Source of the DNA: Planctomycetaceae bacterium
GTDB taxonomy: Bacteria; Planctomycetota; Planctomycetia; Planctomycetales; Planctomycetaceae
Assembly: GCA_035949535.1 (NCBI GenBank)
Contig: DASZIA010000650.1
Location: 45,548 to 109,547, forward strand
Reading direction: 5' to 3'
Length of the DNA: 64,000 nt
Below, piece after piece: positions 34,491-44,536 of the stretch. A program made the position numbers and the translations under genes. Numbering within the stretch: the first letter of the stretch is position 1; every line of letters begins with the position of its first letter. The notes under the pieces are model-generated. The model worked only from the letters and a program-made list of their open reading frames with translations, had not been told where the DNA came from and made no database searches.

Positions 34491-35882
34491 ATGGGAAGCC
34501 GGTTGCCTTTCCTGATCGGGCTGTCGATTGCCGGTTCGGCAGGCGTCACCGTTATTCAGGCTGACGCCCGGAATTCTGCCGCGCCGCCGAGCACCGTCGT
34601 ACAACGCACCGCGGTCGTAGGTGCCCTTCCGGCAAACCTCCCGAATCCAACGCTCTCAGGCCGGATTCGCCTGAAGATCGACGTTCCCAATCTGTCCCCG
34701 GAACAATCTCGACCATGGTTCGACCAGTTTTCGTGGCAATCGTTCATCGCATTGAACTGGCCAGCTGACGCAAATCACAGAGGAAAGCCTCTCGAGCCGG
34801 ATAACCCCAACATCCTCAAGAACCCACCGGCGGGCTCCGTTACGGTCTGGGGCTCGTATAAAGAGGCATTCGAGCTGTTCGGACAGGGGAATCAACCTCC
34901 GACCCCTTGGGACTCGTACGTGATCCCAAACCCTCCATGTAAAGAAGCCAATGGCCGGACTAAGCTGCTACTCATGGTGAATAAGGGTGGTACGCTTCTA
35001 GACGGGGTTAACCAGGCCCTGTCGTTCCCGTTGATTGACCAGTTCAAGAACTACGCATGGACTGAGGTGCGTTTCGATAAGGCGCAATACGAATTCATCC
35101 GCAGTCGACGTCTTTACTTGGTCAAAATCCTTGCCTCCAGCCAGCCTATTGTGATGCCTGCCAGCCGACCTCCGGCGACATTGGGTTCGATCATGCTCAA
35201 AGCGACGTGGCGGCCAATGACCGCTATGGATGACAAGAGCCGGTATTACACAGTGGATGCCATGCTTTATGACCCGAGCACGCAAAAATGCGAATCGACA
35301 CAAATGGGTCTTGTCGGTTTTCACATTGTGCACAAGCTTGAGCAGTTCCCGGAATGGATCTGGTCAAGCTTCGAGCATGTCGACAACGTCGAGCGAGGCC
35401 CTGGAGCACACCCAAACACACCAATCTCGTTTAACAATGGTTCGCCCACACCTGTTACGACCGGAGGGTGGGCGAATCGACCGACACAAAAAGCGCCGCC
35501 GCTCCTTCCTGTCGACCAGCGAGTTCCTGTCCAAGTGACTCGGTTCAATCCAATACCGAGCACGCCTTCCGGTGCCTCGACGCAGGATCTGAACGGGATT
35601 TACCAGGCTCTTTTGCGCGACACGGTCTTGCGGAACTACCAACTCGTCATTACTCAATGGCCAACAACGCCAGCCAGTTTCACGACGAAGGAAAGCGGCG
35701 GCATTTACCCTCAGGACTGCGGCCAGCCCTTCCCCATCGATAGTTGCGTCAACGTCGTTTTGGAGACCTATTTCCAATCTAAAAGCGATGCCTCGGGGGC
35801 GGGCGGGAATTCGTGCATGAGCTGTCACTACACTGCTGGAAAATCGGACTTCAGTTGGGTGTTGCAACGTCGTTCCCATTGA
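34491..35882 (+). CDS. secreted protein with a single C-terminal CxxCH motif; paralog of 1307..2833
   Basis: The signal peptide is MGSRLPFLIGLSIAGSAGVTVIQADA. CMSCH lies near the C-terminus. Conserved blocks are shared with 1307..2833 (see that entry). Confidence 0.8.
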   Translation: MGSRLPFLIGLSIAGSAGVTVIQADARNSAAPPSTVVQRTAVVGALPANLPNPTLSGRIRLKIDVPNLSPEQSRPWFDQFSWQSFIALNWPADANHRGKPLEPDNPNILKNPPAGSVTVWGSYKEAFELFGQGNQPPTPWDSYVIPNPPCKEANGRTKLLLMVNKGGTLLDGVNQALSFPLIDQFKNYAWTEVRFDKAQYEFIRSRRLYLVKILASSQPIVMPASRPPATLGSIMLKATWRPMTAMDDKSRYYTVDAMLYDPSTQKCESTQMGLVGFHIVHKLEQFPEWIWSSFEHVDNVERGPGAHPNTPISFNNGSPTPVTTGGWANRPTQKAPPLLPVDQRVPVQVTRFNPIPSTPSGASTQDLNGIYQALLRDTVLRNYQLVITQWPTTPASFTTKESGGIYPQDCGQPFPIDSCVNVVLETYFQSKSDASGAGGNSCMSCHYTAGKSDFSWVLQRRSH

Positions 35883-35980
35883 TCCATCCGAGCCGCGGAA
35901 ACCCAAACAAAATCGTGACGGGCCTGGATCGCGATGCTTGCGTCAGCAAATTCAAGCTCGCCCAGTTAAGGTTGAACTGC

Positions 35981-37678
35981 ATGAGCCAGGCCGCCGGCGA
36001 CTGGTGGACGTTCCACGGTGATACGGACCGCTCAGGATTCGTCTCGAACTCCGAGATTAACGCCGGGAACGCGGCGCGTCTAAAAACGCTGCATACGCTT
36101 CAGTTGGGTGGACCGATTCTCTCGACTCCCGCCGTTGTCGACGGGTGCGTCTACGTGGGAACTGCTAACGGAACGCGCGATGGGCAGACGGCTTCTCCGA
36201 ACGGCGGCTCTTTTCACAAGATCGACCTCCAGCAAGGGATCATTACGGCGACTTTCTCATGGCTGACCGACCGTTCGGAGGGGGATACACATGGATTCAC
36301 TGGAATGGGCTGTACCCCGGCTGTCGTAGACGGCAGAGTCTTTTTCAGCGCGTTCAACGGACGGCTTTATTGTCTGGATGCGGACACGCTGAGCCCCGTT
36401 TGGGTAACCGACCTCCGCATTGCCGACCCTGCGAAGAATCAGCCTGTTTCGAACATCAGCGGCAATCCGGCGTTGCCGCACGCAGAGGGTTGGTGTTCAC
36501 CCCTCGTCGTCAACGGCCGTGTTTATGTGGGGATCGGCGAAGGGGAGAATCCCGATCTGTACGGCTTCGTCTATTGCCTGGACGCGGACAGCGGAAAGGT
36601 CGTGTGGATCTTTTGCACGAGCCAATTCGAGGAGGGCAAGGATAACGTACCGAACCAAATCCCTATTGACGCGGTCGACACACCGCTTCCGCCTGGCTTC
36701 ACGCTCTATGGCGATCCGAACAAGCTCCCTGTTCCGGTTGTCGCGAGGGGCTGCGTCGTCTGGTCGGCATTGACCTACGACCCCACCCTGAAGCGCGTCT
36801 TTTGCGCAACCGGCAACCCGCAGCCGGACAGCCCGTTGCCGGCGCCAGGTTACGCATATAGCGTTCTCGCACTCGACGCGGGAACCGGAACGCTGGAGGG
36901 GAAGGTCCAGGTCCCTGTAGGGAGCTCCTATCGTGTTTCGGACGTCGACATCGATTTCGGCACATCGCCGACGCTTTTTACCAAAGGCGGCAAGACACTG
37001 CTGGGAATCGGATGCAAAAACGGAGCGTTCTTGGTGATTGACGCTGAAACGATGGAGGTCGTTCGTTGGCGTCAATTGCTTCCATACTTCAACGACAACA
37101 CTCAAATCCCCACCGTCGACCCACACGGCCCCGACACTTCGAGCAATCCGAATCCGCGGCTCTCCAACGATCAATCCAACAGCACGCCGGCCGAGAACTT
37201 CCACGGCACCTACTCGACGGCCGCTGTCCATCCGGACATGCAACGGCTGTATGTCGGCATCGGCGGTAACAACTACCACTTCGTCGCAGCCGGGATCGAC
37301 TACCAGACGACTCCATTCTTACGCGCTATGGATTGGGACACGCTGGATGACGCCTGGGACTTGGACCAGGGGAACCCCCGAAAATACATCAAGCCCTTCC
37401 CTCCCATGTATACTACCCCCGGCGAGGGTGGCCTCTCATCGCCGGCAGTTGTGAACGACGTCGTCTTCTGTGCGACTACAAAAGTCTCGCTTTACGCGTT
37501 CGATGCCAAGGACGGAACGCCCTTATGGCATGACGACCTGGGGACGCAGACTTTGGGGTTCAACGGCGGTTACGGCTTTTGCTTGGGCCCGGCCATTTCG
37601 GGTAACTATGTAGTGGTCGGTGCCCTGGTCAACGGACGTGATGGAGGTGTCCTCAGGATTTACTGCCTCGACGACTAA
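35981..37678 (+). CDS. PQQ-like / BamB-like beta-propeller repeat protein
   Basis: ORF track gives 35813..37678. I moved the start to ATG 35981. Repeated blades are seen: VVDGCVYVGTANG, VVDGRVFFSAFNGRLYCLDADTLSPVW, VVNGRVYVGIGEG..GFVYCLDADSGKVVW, VVNDVVFCATTKVSLYAFDAKDGTPLW. Confidence 0.8.
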   Translation: MSQAAGDWWTFHGDTDRSGFVSNSEINAGNAARLKTLHTLQLGGPILSTPAVVDGCVYVGTANGTRDGQTASPNGGSFHKIDLQQGIITATFSWLTDRSEGDTHGFTGMGCTPAVVDGRVFFSAFNGRLYCLDADTLSPVWVTDLRIADPAKNQPVSNISGNPALPHAEGWCSPLVVNGRVYVGIGEGENPDLYGFVYCLDADSGKVVWIFCTSQFEEGKDNVPNQIPIDAVDTPLPPGFTLYGDPNKLPVPVVARGCVVWSALTYDPTLKRVFCATGNPQPDSPLPAPGYAYSVLALDAGTGTLEGKVQVPVGSSYRVSDVDIDFGTSPTLFTKGGKTLLGIGCKNGAFLVIDAETMEVVRWRQLLPYFNDNTQIPTVDPHGPDTSSNPNPRLSNDQSNSTPAENFHGTYSTAAVHPDMQRLYVGIGGNNYHFVAAGIDYQTTPFLRAMDWDTLDDAWDLDQGNPRKYIKPFPPMYTTPGEGGLSSPAVVNDVVFCATTKVSLYAFDAKDGTPLWHDDLGTQTLGFNGGYGFCLGPAISGNYVVVGALVNGRDGGVLRIYCLDD

Positions 37679-37753
37679 CGCGCTGAGGACCAAGAGGGTT
37701 CGCTGAGATACAGCAAACTGCCCGATGACCGGCTCACGAGGGGTGCGGCTCCT

Positions 37754-38290
37754 ATGGGATTTGTGGTTCTTGGGATTTTCCTGGGGCTAGACAATTTAGC
37801 GGTCGCTTCTGGCCTAGGCCTACTGGGCATTCGACGTCGCCAGAGGGTATGTTTCGCCGTCTCGTGCGCCTGCTTTGAGACGCTGATGCCGCTTTGCGGC
37901 CTTTTCATCGGCCTAGGATTGCGGTCCCATATTGGGCCGGCCGTCGAGTGCATCGGGCCAATATGCCTCGCAGCTTGCGGCCTGCTCGTCCTAAGCACCG
38001 TGATGAAGAAACGGGAGAATCATTCCATTCTGGACCGCCCGCTGGCGATGGTACTGCTTCCACTGACATTGAGCCTCGACAACTTGGCCGCGGGAGTGGG
38101 GCTCGGAACCGCCGGCGCGCGATTCACTGTGCAGGCGGCAGTGGTCGGCGTAATCTCAGGCATCATGTCTGCGGCGGGTTTCGCAATTGGCGGGTGTTTC
38201 CAACCGCGCTCGACATCTCTGACGAGAGCCCTTGCCGGTTCATGGTTGATTGCGTGTGCCGCCTTTTGTTTCTTCGGAAATCCCGATTGA
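37754..38290 (+). CDS. MntP/YtaF-like (DUF204 repeat) membrane protein
   Basis: There are two internal repeats, each with an LDNLA(V/A)(A/G) motif (GLDNLAVASGLG and LSLDNLAAGVGLG). Six hydrophobic segments or so. Confidence 0.6.
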   Translation: MGFVVLGIFLGLDNLAVASGLGLLGIRRRQRVCFAVSCACFETLMPLCGLFIGLGLRSHIGPAVECIGPICLAACGLLVLSTVMKKRENHSILDRPLAMVLLPLTLSLDNLAAGVGLGTAGARFTVQAAVVGVISGIMSAAGFAIGGCFQPRSTSLTRALAGSWLIACAAFCFFGNPD

Positions 38291-38293
38291 GAA

Positions 38294-38542
38294 GTGACAA
38301 CCATGGCGACAGTTAGCTTCGATTCCGATATTAAGCCGCTGTTTGCCCAGTTTGTCGGCGAAATGCGCTGGCGTCTCGATCTGACCAGGTACGAGGATGT
38401 TCGGGCCAACTCGCAGATGATCTACGCCTTCATCCGGTCCTCGGATCCGGACGGCCGGATGCCGCCTCCGCCGTTCGACCCGTTAACCCTCGATCAGATC
38501 GCGCGGTTCAAGACGTGGATGGACGAAGGCTTTCCTCCCTGA
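38294..38542 (+). CDS. small hypothetical protein
   Basis: 82-aa ORF starting 4 nt after the upstream stop. The C-terminus is MPPPPFDPLTLDQIARFKTWMDEGFPP. No family recognised with confidence. Confidence 0.5.
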   Translation: MTTMATVSFDSDIKPLFAQFVGEMRWRLDLTRYEDVRANSQMIYAFIRSSDPDGRMPPPPFDPLTLDQIARFKTWMDEGFPP

Positions 38543-38585
38543 ATTCGCGGACCGATTCATCATTTCCGGTTGGCTCGGACGAAGC

Positions 38586-39926
38586 GTGAATCCAAGCCGG
38601 GTGTGTATAGATCTCGAGGGCGAGTTCGTGGCTGGGTGCGATGACGACATTCGGGTCGTATCGGGGCTCAATTTCCCGACAGGCGTAGCTTTCGATGATG
38701 AGGGGACTGCCTACATCGCTGAGTCTGGCCTCCCTCTCGATGGCGCGCCCCCGGGTGGCAGGATCCTTCGCGTCGAGGGCGACGGTCGCCTCGCCTGTTT
38801 GAAAGATGGGCTCCGAGCACCGGTGAACGGGATAACCTACGAACGAGGTTCCTTATACGTAGCAGAGGGTGGAAGGCCAGGGCGGATCAGTGTTTTGGAC
38901 CTACGGACGCATCGTTGGGACATCGTTCTCGACGGCTTGCCGGGGGGCGGAGACTACCACACAAACTCAGTGGCCGTCGGCCCCGATGGGAAGCTCTATT
39001 TTGGCCAAGGCTCCGCGACAAATAGCGGTATCGTCGGACGCGACTCCCCCCAATTAAGTTGGCTGGAAAAGGGAATGCACTCCTATGATATCCCCGGCCG
39101 AGACGTGATCCTTACAGGCGCGGACTCCGAAACGACGGACCCGAGGGCTGAAGGTTCGCTCGTTCGGACTGGGGCGTTCCAGCAGTTTGGAACTCCGACG
39201 GCCGCGGGCCAGCGCATCGCTGCGAGCCTGCCGTGCACTTCTGCTGTCATGCGGTGCGATCCGGATGGAACGAAATTGGAGTTAGTCGCATGGGGCCTCC
39301 GGAATCCGTACGATTTGACCTTTCTTCCGGACGGCCGTCTCTTGGCCATCGACCTTGGCTTCAATGACCGTGGAAGCCGCCCCGTGGGAGACGCTCCGAG
39401 TTGCCTCTTCGAGATTAAGGCTGGAGCCTGGTACGGTTGGCCTGACTTTGCAGGCGGCGTGCCTGTCACTCATCCAGCCCTTAGACCGTCGCGCGGCGCG
39501 GATCCGCGCTTCCTCTTAGCAAACCACAATGAACTCGGTCCGCTCCAGGAGCCGCTGGCTCGATTCGAGCCCAGACATGCACCCACGCGCATGGCGCACG
39601 TGCCAGGTTCAAGCGACTTGATTGTTACACTCTTCGGCGACAAGCGTCCCCTGACCGGCCCGGAGGGACCGCCCGCGGGACGGAGACTCGTCCGTGTGCG
39701 CTTGTCTGATCGGTCAATTCGTCCGCTCGGAGGCCCAGCCCTTCAGAGACCGATCGACGTGGCATATCACTTCCAAGAGCATGTCTTGTACGTCCTCGAC
39801 TTTGGCGCGTTCGAACTGGGACGGGGAGGCGACGTCAGGGCACGGGCCCGGACTGGTACCTTGTGGCGACTCCGGAGTTCCGGACACCTTTGGACCCGGT
39901 CGCAGGGTGTTAGATTCGCCTCCTGA
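38586..39926 (+). CDS. glucose/sorbosone-dehydrogenase-like (GSDH) beta-propeller protein, 3' end interrupted by IS21-family element
   Basis: Motifs seen: FPTGVAFDDEGTAYIAESG, NSVAVGPDGKLYFGQGSATNSG, GLRNPYDLTFLPDGRLLAIDLGFNDRGSRP, and the terminal TGTLWRL. The last 6 codons and the stop (39908-39926) are read from inside the IS terminus. Confidence 0.75.
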   Translation: MNPSRVCIDLEGEFVAGCDDDIRVVSGLNFPTGVAFDDEGTAYIAESGLPLDGAPPGGRILRVEGDGRLACLKDGLRAPVNGITYERGSLYVAEGGRPGRISVLDLRTHRWDIVLDGLPGGGDYHTNSVAVGPDGKLYFGQGSATNSGIVGRDSPQLSWLEKGMHSYDIPGRDVILTGADSETTDPRAEGSLVRTGAFQQFGTPTAAGQRIAASLPCTSAVMRCDPDGTKLELVAWGLRNPYDLTFLPDGRLLAIDLGFNDRGSRPVGDAPSCLFEIKAGAWYGWPDFAGGVPVTHPALRPSRGADPRFLLANHNELGPLQEPLARFEPRHAPTRMAHVPGSSDLIVTLFGDKRPLTGPEGPPAGRRLVRVRLSDRSIRPLGGPALQRPIDVAYHFQEHVLYVLDFGAFELGRGGDVRARARTGTLWRLRSSGHLWTRSQGVRFAS

Positions 39927-40671
39927 CGCAGGTGCAATCTAGCGTCGCGAACGCTGACGACAACCCGCTCGCTGCGCGGTGCGTGAGCCGGTCCAGGGCC
40001 GCTCCCGTGAGCCGCTCGCTGCCCAGTACCTCGGTCCAGTTCTCGAACGGTAGATTCGTCGTGACCACCAGGCTGTTGCGTTCGTAGGCCGTGGCGATCA
40101 CGTCAAATAAGAGCTCCGCCCCGGCCTTGCTGGCCGGAACGTATCCCAGTTCGTCCAGGATCAAGAGGTCCAGCTTGCCCAGTTGCTGCCGCAGCCGCAA
40201 CAGTTGACGTTCCTCCTTGGCTTCCAACAGCAATGTGATCAACTCGGTGACGCGGAAGAAGCGAACCTTGCGCCCCTGGGCGCAGGCAGCCATGCCCAGC
40301 GCTGTCGCCAAGTGCGACTTGCCCGTTCCGCTGGGACCGACGAACAGCACATTCTCGCGACGGTCGAGATACTCTCCCTTTAGGAGCTCCAGCAACTGGG
40401 GCTTGTTGACACTGGGCCGCGCTGCGAAGTCGAACTCGTCCAAGAGCTTGTGCGCCGGGAACCGGGCGGCCTTGAGCCGGCGCTCCGCCGATTTGCGTTC
40501 CCGCTCGATCAGTTCCAACTCGCAGAGCTGCAACAGGAACGCCAGGTGATCGGCATTGTCTTGGGCGGCGCGAGCGGCGATCTTCTCGCACTCGGCGTGC
40601 ATCGTGGGAAGCTTGAGGATCTTGAGGTGATGCTTCAACAGGACCGTGCTCTTGGTCTCGGTCTTATTCAT
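39910..40671 (-). CDS. istB: IS21-family transposition helper ATPase IstB
   Basis: Motifs seen: VLFVGPSGTGKSHLATALG (Walker A), LLILDELGY (Walker B), LVVTTNLPFENW, LDRLTHR. After LDRLTHRA the last 20 aa or so do not resemble the usual IstB C-terminus, and the stop lies inside the terminal repeat. Confidence 0.85.
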   Translation of the reverse strand: MNKTETKSTVLLKHHLKILKLPTMHAECEKIAARAAQDNADHLAFLLQLCELELIERERKSAERRLKAARFPAHKLLDEFDFAARPSVNKPQLLELLKGEYLDRRENVLFVGPSGTGKSHLATALGMAACAQGRKVRFFRVTELITLLLEAKEERQLLRLRQQLGKLDLLILDELGYVPASKAGAELLFDVIATAYERNSLVVTTNLPFENWTEVLGSERLTGAALDRLTHRAASGLSSAFATLDCTCVRRRI

Positions 40672-42151
40672 GGCGCCACCTCTTCGAGCAAGGCCTGATA
40701 AGAGGAGACGTTGGTCGTCTCGACACGGGCAGCCAGGGCCGCCCGTCGAGCGAGAACATCTTGATCGGCCTGTCCGCGCGGTGTTCTACGATCGTGCGGA
40801 TGCTGTCCACATCGATCACGTCGATGTCCAAGGCGTACTCGACAGCCTCGGTCAACTCAGGCAGGGAGAACTTCTCCAACAGTCGCAGCACGCGGATGTA
40901 GGGGCGTGTCCCGTAACGCGGATCGGCTGCTTCCAGCCGGCGTCGCAACAGGGCAAAGCACTCCGGCAGCTGCCAGTTCTCTAGGGGCCGGGCGTAGTCG
41001 AACCCGCCGGGTTTGCGTTCCAACAGCGCCAGGTAGTGGATCGGCTCGAAGAAAGTTCGTTCGCGATCCCAGCACCGCCGATGCCGGGCCACCAGCCGGT
41101 CTTCGTAGATCAGCCGAACTTCCTCCACGGTCGCCACGACGATCAACTTCCGATGGGCGTACCGCACGGGGACGGAATAGTCGTTGGTGTCGAATCGCAC
41201 CAGGGATTGCGAATCAGCCGATGCGGGGACGATGCGTCGCGCCTCGAAGGGTTGCTTCGGCAGCGGCAAGAAGGCGGCCTGATCTTCCACGAGCAGTTGC
41301 CCCTTGGGGGCGGTCTTCCCACGCGTACGCTCGGCCAAGTCGGCCAGGCAGCGCTCCCGTAATTGCGAGTTGAGCGTCTCCAGAGAATCCACCTGCGGCA
41401 CGGGCACCAGGAAGCTACGCCGGGCAAGGCCCAAGAGCCGCTCGACGTGCCCCTTCTCGTTGGCGCGGCGGACCAGGCAGAAGTGTTCCCGGAACAGGTA
41501 ATGACTCTGCAGGCGGAGAAACTCCCGGGTCAGCTTCCGCTCACGGCCAGAGAGCACCTCGATCACAGTGATCGCCGAGTTGTCGTAGCTGATCCGCTTC
41601 GGCACGCCGCCGAAGAACTCGAAGGCTCGGCGATGCCCTTCCAGGAACGTCTCCGTGCACTCCCGAGGAAATGTCTGGATGAAGATCGCACCCGAGTAGG
41701 GGAGCGTCATCACGAACAGGGCGACCTTGGTCTCCTGGCCCGCCTGCCGGATCGTCGCCTCGCCGAAGTCGACCTGGGCTTCCCCGGGTGGATGCGAGAG
41801 CGGCAGAAAGACTTCTTGGCGCGATTGCTTCCAGGCCCGCACGGCGTCCTTCACCACGGTGTGGCCGCCCTGGTAACCGTGCTCGTCGCGCAGCCGCTCG
41901 AAGATCCGCCGCGCCGTGTGCCGCTGCTTCTTCGGCGCTTGCCCGTCGTCGGCGAGAATCTGGTGAACGATCGGCAGGAACGGTTCCAGCTTCCGCTTGG
42001 GCCGCGGCTCGCTCTGCCGGTAACCGGGTGGCTCCTCGTGGGACAGGATCTTCTTCAGCGTGTGCCAACCCAAACCGTACTTGCGGCACGCGCCACGCCG
42101 ACTCAACTCGCCGGTCAGCACCTGTCGGCGAACGTCTCTCCAGAACTCCAT
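40664..42151 (-). CDS. istA: IS21-family transposase IstA
   Basis: ORF track gives 40664..42163. ATG 42151 gives MEFWRDVRRQVLTGELSRRGACRKYGLGWHTLKKIL (HTH). The DDE region is GEAQVDFGE..VMTLPYSGAIF..ISYDNS..ANEKGHVE. The gene overlaps the istB start by 8 nt. Confidence 0.9.
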   Translation of the reverse strand: MEFWRDVRRQVLTGELSRRGACRKYGLGWHTLKKILSHEEPPGYRQSEPRPKRKLEPFLPIVHQILADDGQAPKKQRHTARRIFERLRDEHGYQGGHTVVKDAVRAWKQSRQEVFLPLSHPPGEAQVDFGEATIRQAGQETKVALFVMTLPYSGAIFIQTFPRECTETFLEGHRRAFEFFGGVPKRISYDNSAITVIEVLSGRERKLTREFLRLQSHYLFREHFCLVRRANEKGHVERLLGLARRSFLVPVPQVDSLETLNSQLRERCLADLAERTRGKTAPKGQLLVEDQAAFLPLPKQPFEARRIVPASADSQSLVRFDTNDYSVPVRYAHRKLIVVATVEEVRLIYEDRLVARHRRCWDRERTFFEPIHYLALLERKPGGFDYARPLENWQLPECFALLRRRLEAADPRYGTRPYIRVLRLLEKFSLPELTEAVEYALDIDVIDVDSIRTIVEHRADRPIKMFSLDGRPWLPVSRRPTSPLIRPCSKRWRHE

Positions 42152-42560
42152 GTCGGATCGCACTCCAGTGCCTTCCTGAGCAGAGGGGTTGGATCGGGGA
42201 ATTGCCCCAATCTTGCCCTCTCACACAGAACTGCACTCATGTGCGCCGCCAAATTAAACCGCCGCGACCACTCCCCCGCGCCGCCGTTTTGGACCGCCCT
42301 CAACAAGCTGGACAGGCGGTTAAAAAAGAGAGAACGGCGCCGAGATTTTGGTTGATTTTGCGAACTGACATCGCAAGACTGAGTTGCTCGGATCGCGCGT
42401 CGAGCCTCCAAATCAGGCTTCCCCATCTCTCAGCGCGATCTTCGGAACAAGCGGGCGCGCGACGGGAGATCACTCGCGCTCTGGCTTGATCGGCTCCCAC
42501 GCCCTGCGCGTTGATGCTCGTTTTTTCAAGCACAGCTTACGGGTCCCCAAACACGACTGG

Positions 42561-43571
42561 ATGCCTATGCAACTCGTGGAACGTATTCAACGAGCCCTGG
42601 CGACTCCGCCCAGTAAGAGAGATTTGGGTTGGGTCCGCAAGCACCTTCAGACGGCCATCGCGCTCGAGTTAAGCACCATTCCACCGTATTTAACGGCTTT
42701 TTGGTCCATCAAGCCAAACTGCCCGGCCAAGGGGCTCCTCTCTGTGATCGTCAAGCAAGAGATGCTCCACATGGGGCTTGTTTGCAACTGCTTAAACGCC
42801 GTCAACGAGCGGCCAAGAATCGCAGCCGCAGACACCGTTGTTTCTTACCCGGCTCATCTCCCGGGTGGAGTGCATCCCGACCTGCTCGTGCCGCTTCAAC
42901 GATTCTCGCTAGACGCTGTGGCGAGGGTGTTTATGAGGATCGAGGAACCGGAGTTTCAACCGGTTGCCTTTGATGCTCAAGAACAGTGGCCGACAATCGG
43001 TGCTTTCTACACGGCCATATCCGCAGCTGTCGCGGAGTTGTCTGACACTGATTTTGTTGCGCACCACAAGCAAATCGAGGTTGACATTCCGCCGGTTACA
43101 TTGACCGCGGTCAATTCAAGAAGCGATTGCCTTTGCGCGATAGACCAGATCAAGAGCCAAGGGGAAGGGACTCCTCACTCGCCCATGGACGGACCGGGCC
43201 CAGGAGAGCTTGCCCATTATTATGTGTTCGCCGAGCTGTTGAACGGACGTGCCCTAATTCAAAACGACTCGGAATGCTGGGTATTCGCAGGCGCGCCGAT
43301 TCCCTATTTGGATCCCGTCGCGGACATCTGGCCGATTGCCGAAGTGCCGTCATACGGATATGCGGAGTCACTGGCCTTCGATTTCCTGTTTTCTGAAATT
43401 CTCCGCACTTTGCAGAACGCCTGGGATACGGGCAATTGCGATTTAGTGTCGACTCAATCTGTAGGGATGATGGCTGCGTTGAGTAGGGAAGCAAGAAAGT
43501 TGATGACCAAGCCGAAGCCTGACGGATCGGGAATGAACTACGCGCCAGATTTTCACTATTATGAGGCTTAA
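42561..43571 (+). CDS. ferritin-like domain protein
   Basis: ORF track gives 42384..43571. I moved the start to ATG 42561. LQTAIALELSTIPPYLTAFWSI..SVIVKQEMLHMGLVCNCLNAV matches the ferritin-like (Ferritin_3 type) signature from memory. Confidence 0.7.
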   Translation: MPMQLVERIQRALATPPSKRDLGWVRKHLQTAIALELSTIPPYLTAFWSIKPNCPAKGLLSVIVKQEMLHMGLVCNCLNAVNERPRIAAADTVVSYPAHLPGGVHPDLLVPLQRFSLDAVARVFMRIEEPEFQPVAFDAQEQWPTIGAFYTAISAAVAELSDTDFVAHHKQIEVDIPPVTLTAVNSRSDCLCAIDQIKSQGEGTPHSPMDGPGPGELAHYYVFAELLNGRALIQNDSECWVFAGAPIPYLDPVADIWPIAEVPSYGYAESLAFDFLFSEILRTLQNAWDTGNCDLVSTQSVGMMAALSREARKLMTKPKPDGSGMNYAPDFHYYEA

Positions 43572-43572
43572 C

Positions 43573-44391
43573 ATGCGGAACCTTGTGATCTGCGCCCTGT
43601 CGCTTGGCGTCGGAACATGTCTCTCGAGCACGTGCGGACTAGAAGCCGCCGAGTATCGAGTGGAATTTTCCAGAAATGGAATCGGTGGCCAAACGGTGAG
43701 CCTTGCCCCTGGGGAAATCGCCAACTGGCACCCGTGGCACACTATCAACGATCCTCAAGGTGTCAATATCTTTAACGGTAGCGGTGCTCAAATAAAGGCG
43801 GTGTGGATCAAAGTTAACGACGCCTCAGTCGACCACTTCCTGGTTGCTTTCGATGCGGGACACGATCTGTTTCCGACGGTGTGGAAAAAGAGCGACAATT
43901 CTGAAGTGTTGTTTCTGGATGGAAACACCTTCATGTCGATGGATACTGTTTGGAATCGCGTCAACGACACCAGTGGGGCGACAGGAACGACGGGGAACAT
44001 TTTTACCGGTCGACTTTTTACGCAAAACCCAGACGTTCCTCCCGGCTGGGTGCAGGTGTCTCCGAGTCCGCCGACACACCGGAAAACCGCGGCGAGCGCG
44101 TCCTGGGCCGGCATCGTGCGCAATCTGCCACCCAAGTTTCGCGCCGTAACGACTTACACTGTCGACGAAAGCGAAGGCACGATTGTTGTGTTGAGCCACA
44201 ATATTCCATTCGTGTACAAGATCGCGTCGAAAGAGTTGCGTCCCGTGCTGATTCCTCTGCCGTACAAGAATGGAGCCAACCGACTGACGCTCAATAAGAA
44301 CGTGCTTGAGTTATGGAAGGACGGCGACTTGGTCGCGCGGACCGACTTGGCCCAGGAGGGCATTCTTGGGCCGCGTTTGAGTCAGCCATGA
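43573..44391 (+). CDS. secreted hypothetical protein
   Basis: This is the frame of ORF 43561..44391. ATG 43573 lies 1 nt after the upstream stop and gives the signal peptide MRNLVICALSLGVGTCLSSTCGLEA. Confidence 0.6.
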   Translation: MRNLVICALSLGVGTCLSSTCGLEAAEYRVEFSRNGIGGQTVSLAPGEIANWHPWHTINDPQGVNIFNGSGAQIKAVWIKVNDASVDHFLVAFDAGHDLFPTVWKKSDNSEVLFLDGNTFMSMDTVWNRVNDTSGATGTTGNIFTGRLFTQNPDVPPGWVQVSPSPPTHRKTAASASWAGIVRNLPPKFRAVTTYTVDESEGTIVVLSHNIPFVYKIASKELRPVLIPLPYKNGANRLTLNKNVLELWKDGDLVARTDLAQEGILGPRLSQP

Positions 44392-44536
44392 ATCGGGGCG
44401 GATTCTTCGTACCGGACAGGAATCGGAGGCGGCGGTTCGCTTATGTTCGGGAATCCGGGTGGATTGGGTTTTAACCACGCAAAAATGGTGTTTCGCGCTT
44501 GTCGCTCAACGCAGTATTTCTTTGAGGAGGCTGAAC

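Larger units (their letters stand above)
39908..42370 (-). mobile_element. IS21-family insertion sequence (istA-istB)
   Basis: Outside-in the termini read TGTTAGATTCGCC (39908 onward) and TGTCAGTTCGCAAAATCAACCAAAATC (reverse complement ending at 42370). Both have the TGT..AG.TTCGC form typical of IS21 ends. The flanks are TCGCAGGG (39900-39907) and TCGCAAGA (42371-42378), a possible degenerate target duplication. Length is about 2.46 kb. Confidence 0.75.

Noticed and set aside
37679-37753. Possible Mn (yybP-ykoY) riboswitch upstream of the MntP/YtaF-like membrane protein gene.
   Set aside because: Only 75 nt of intergenic sequence are available. I could not recognise the conserved GGGGAGUAG / GAGAGACC-type elements. 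This needs an Infernal scan to settle.
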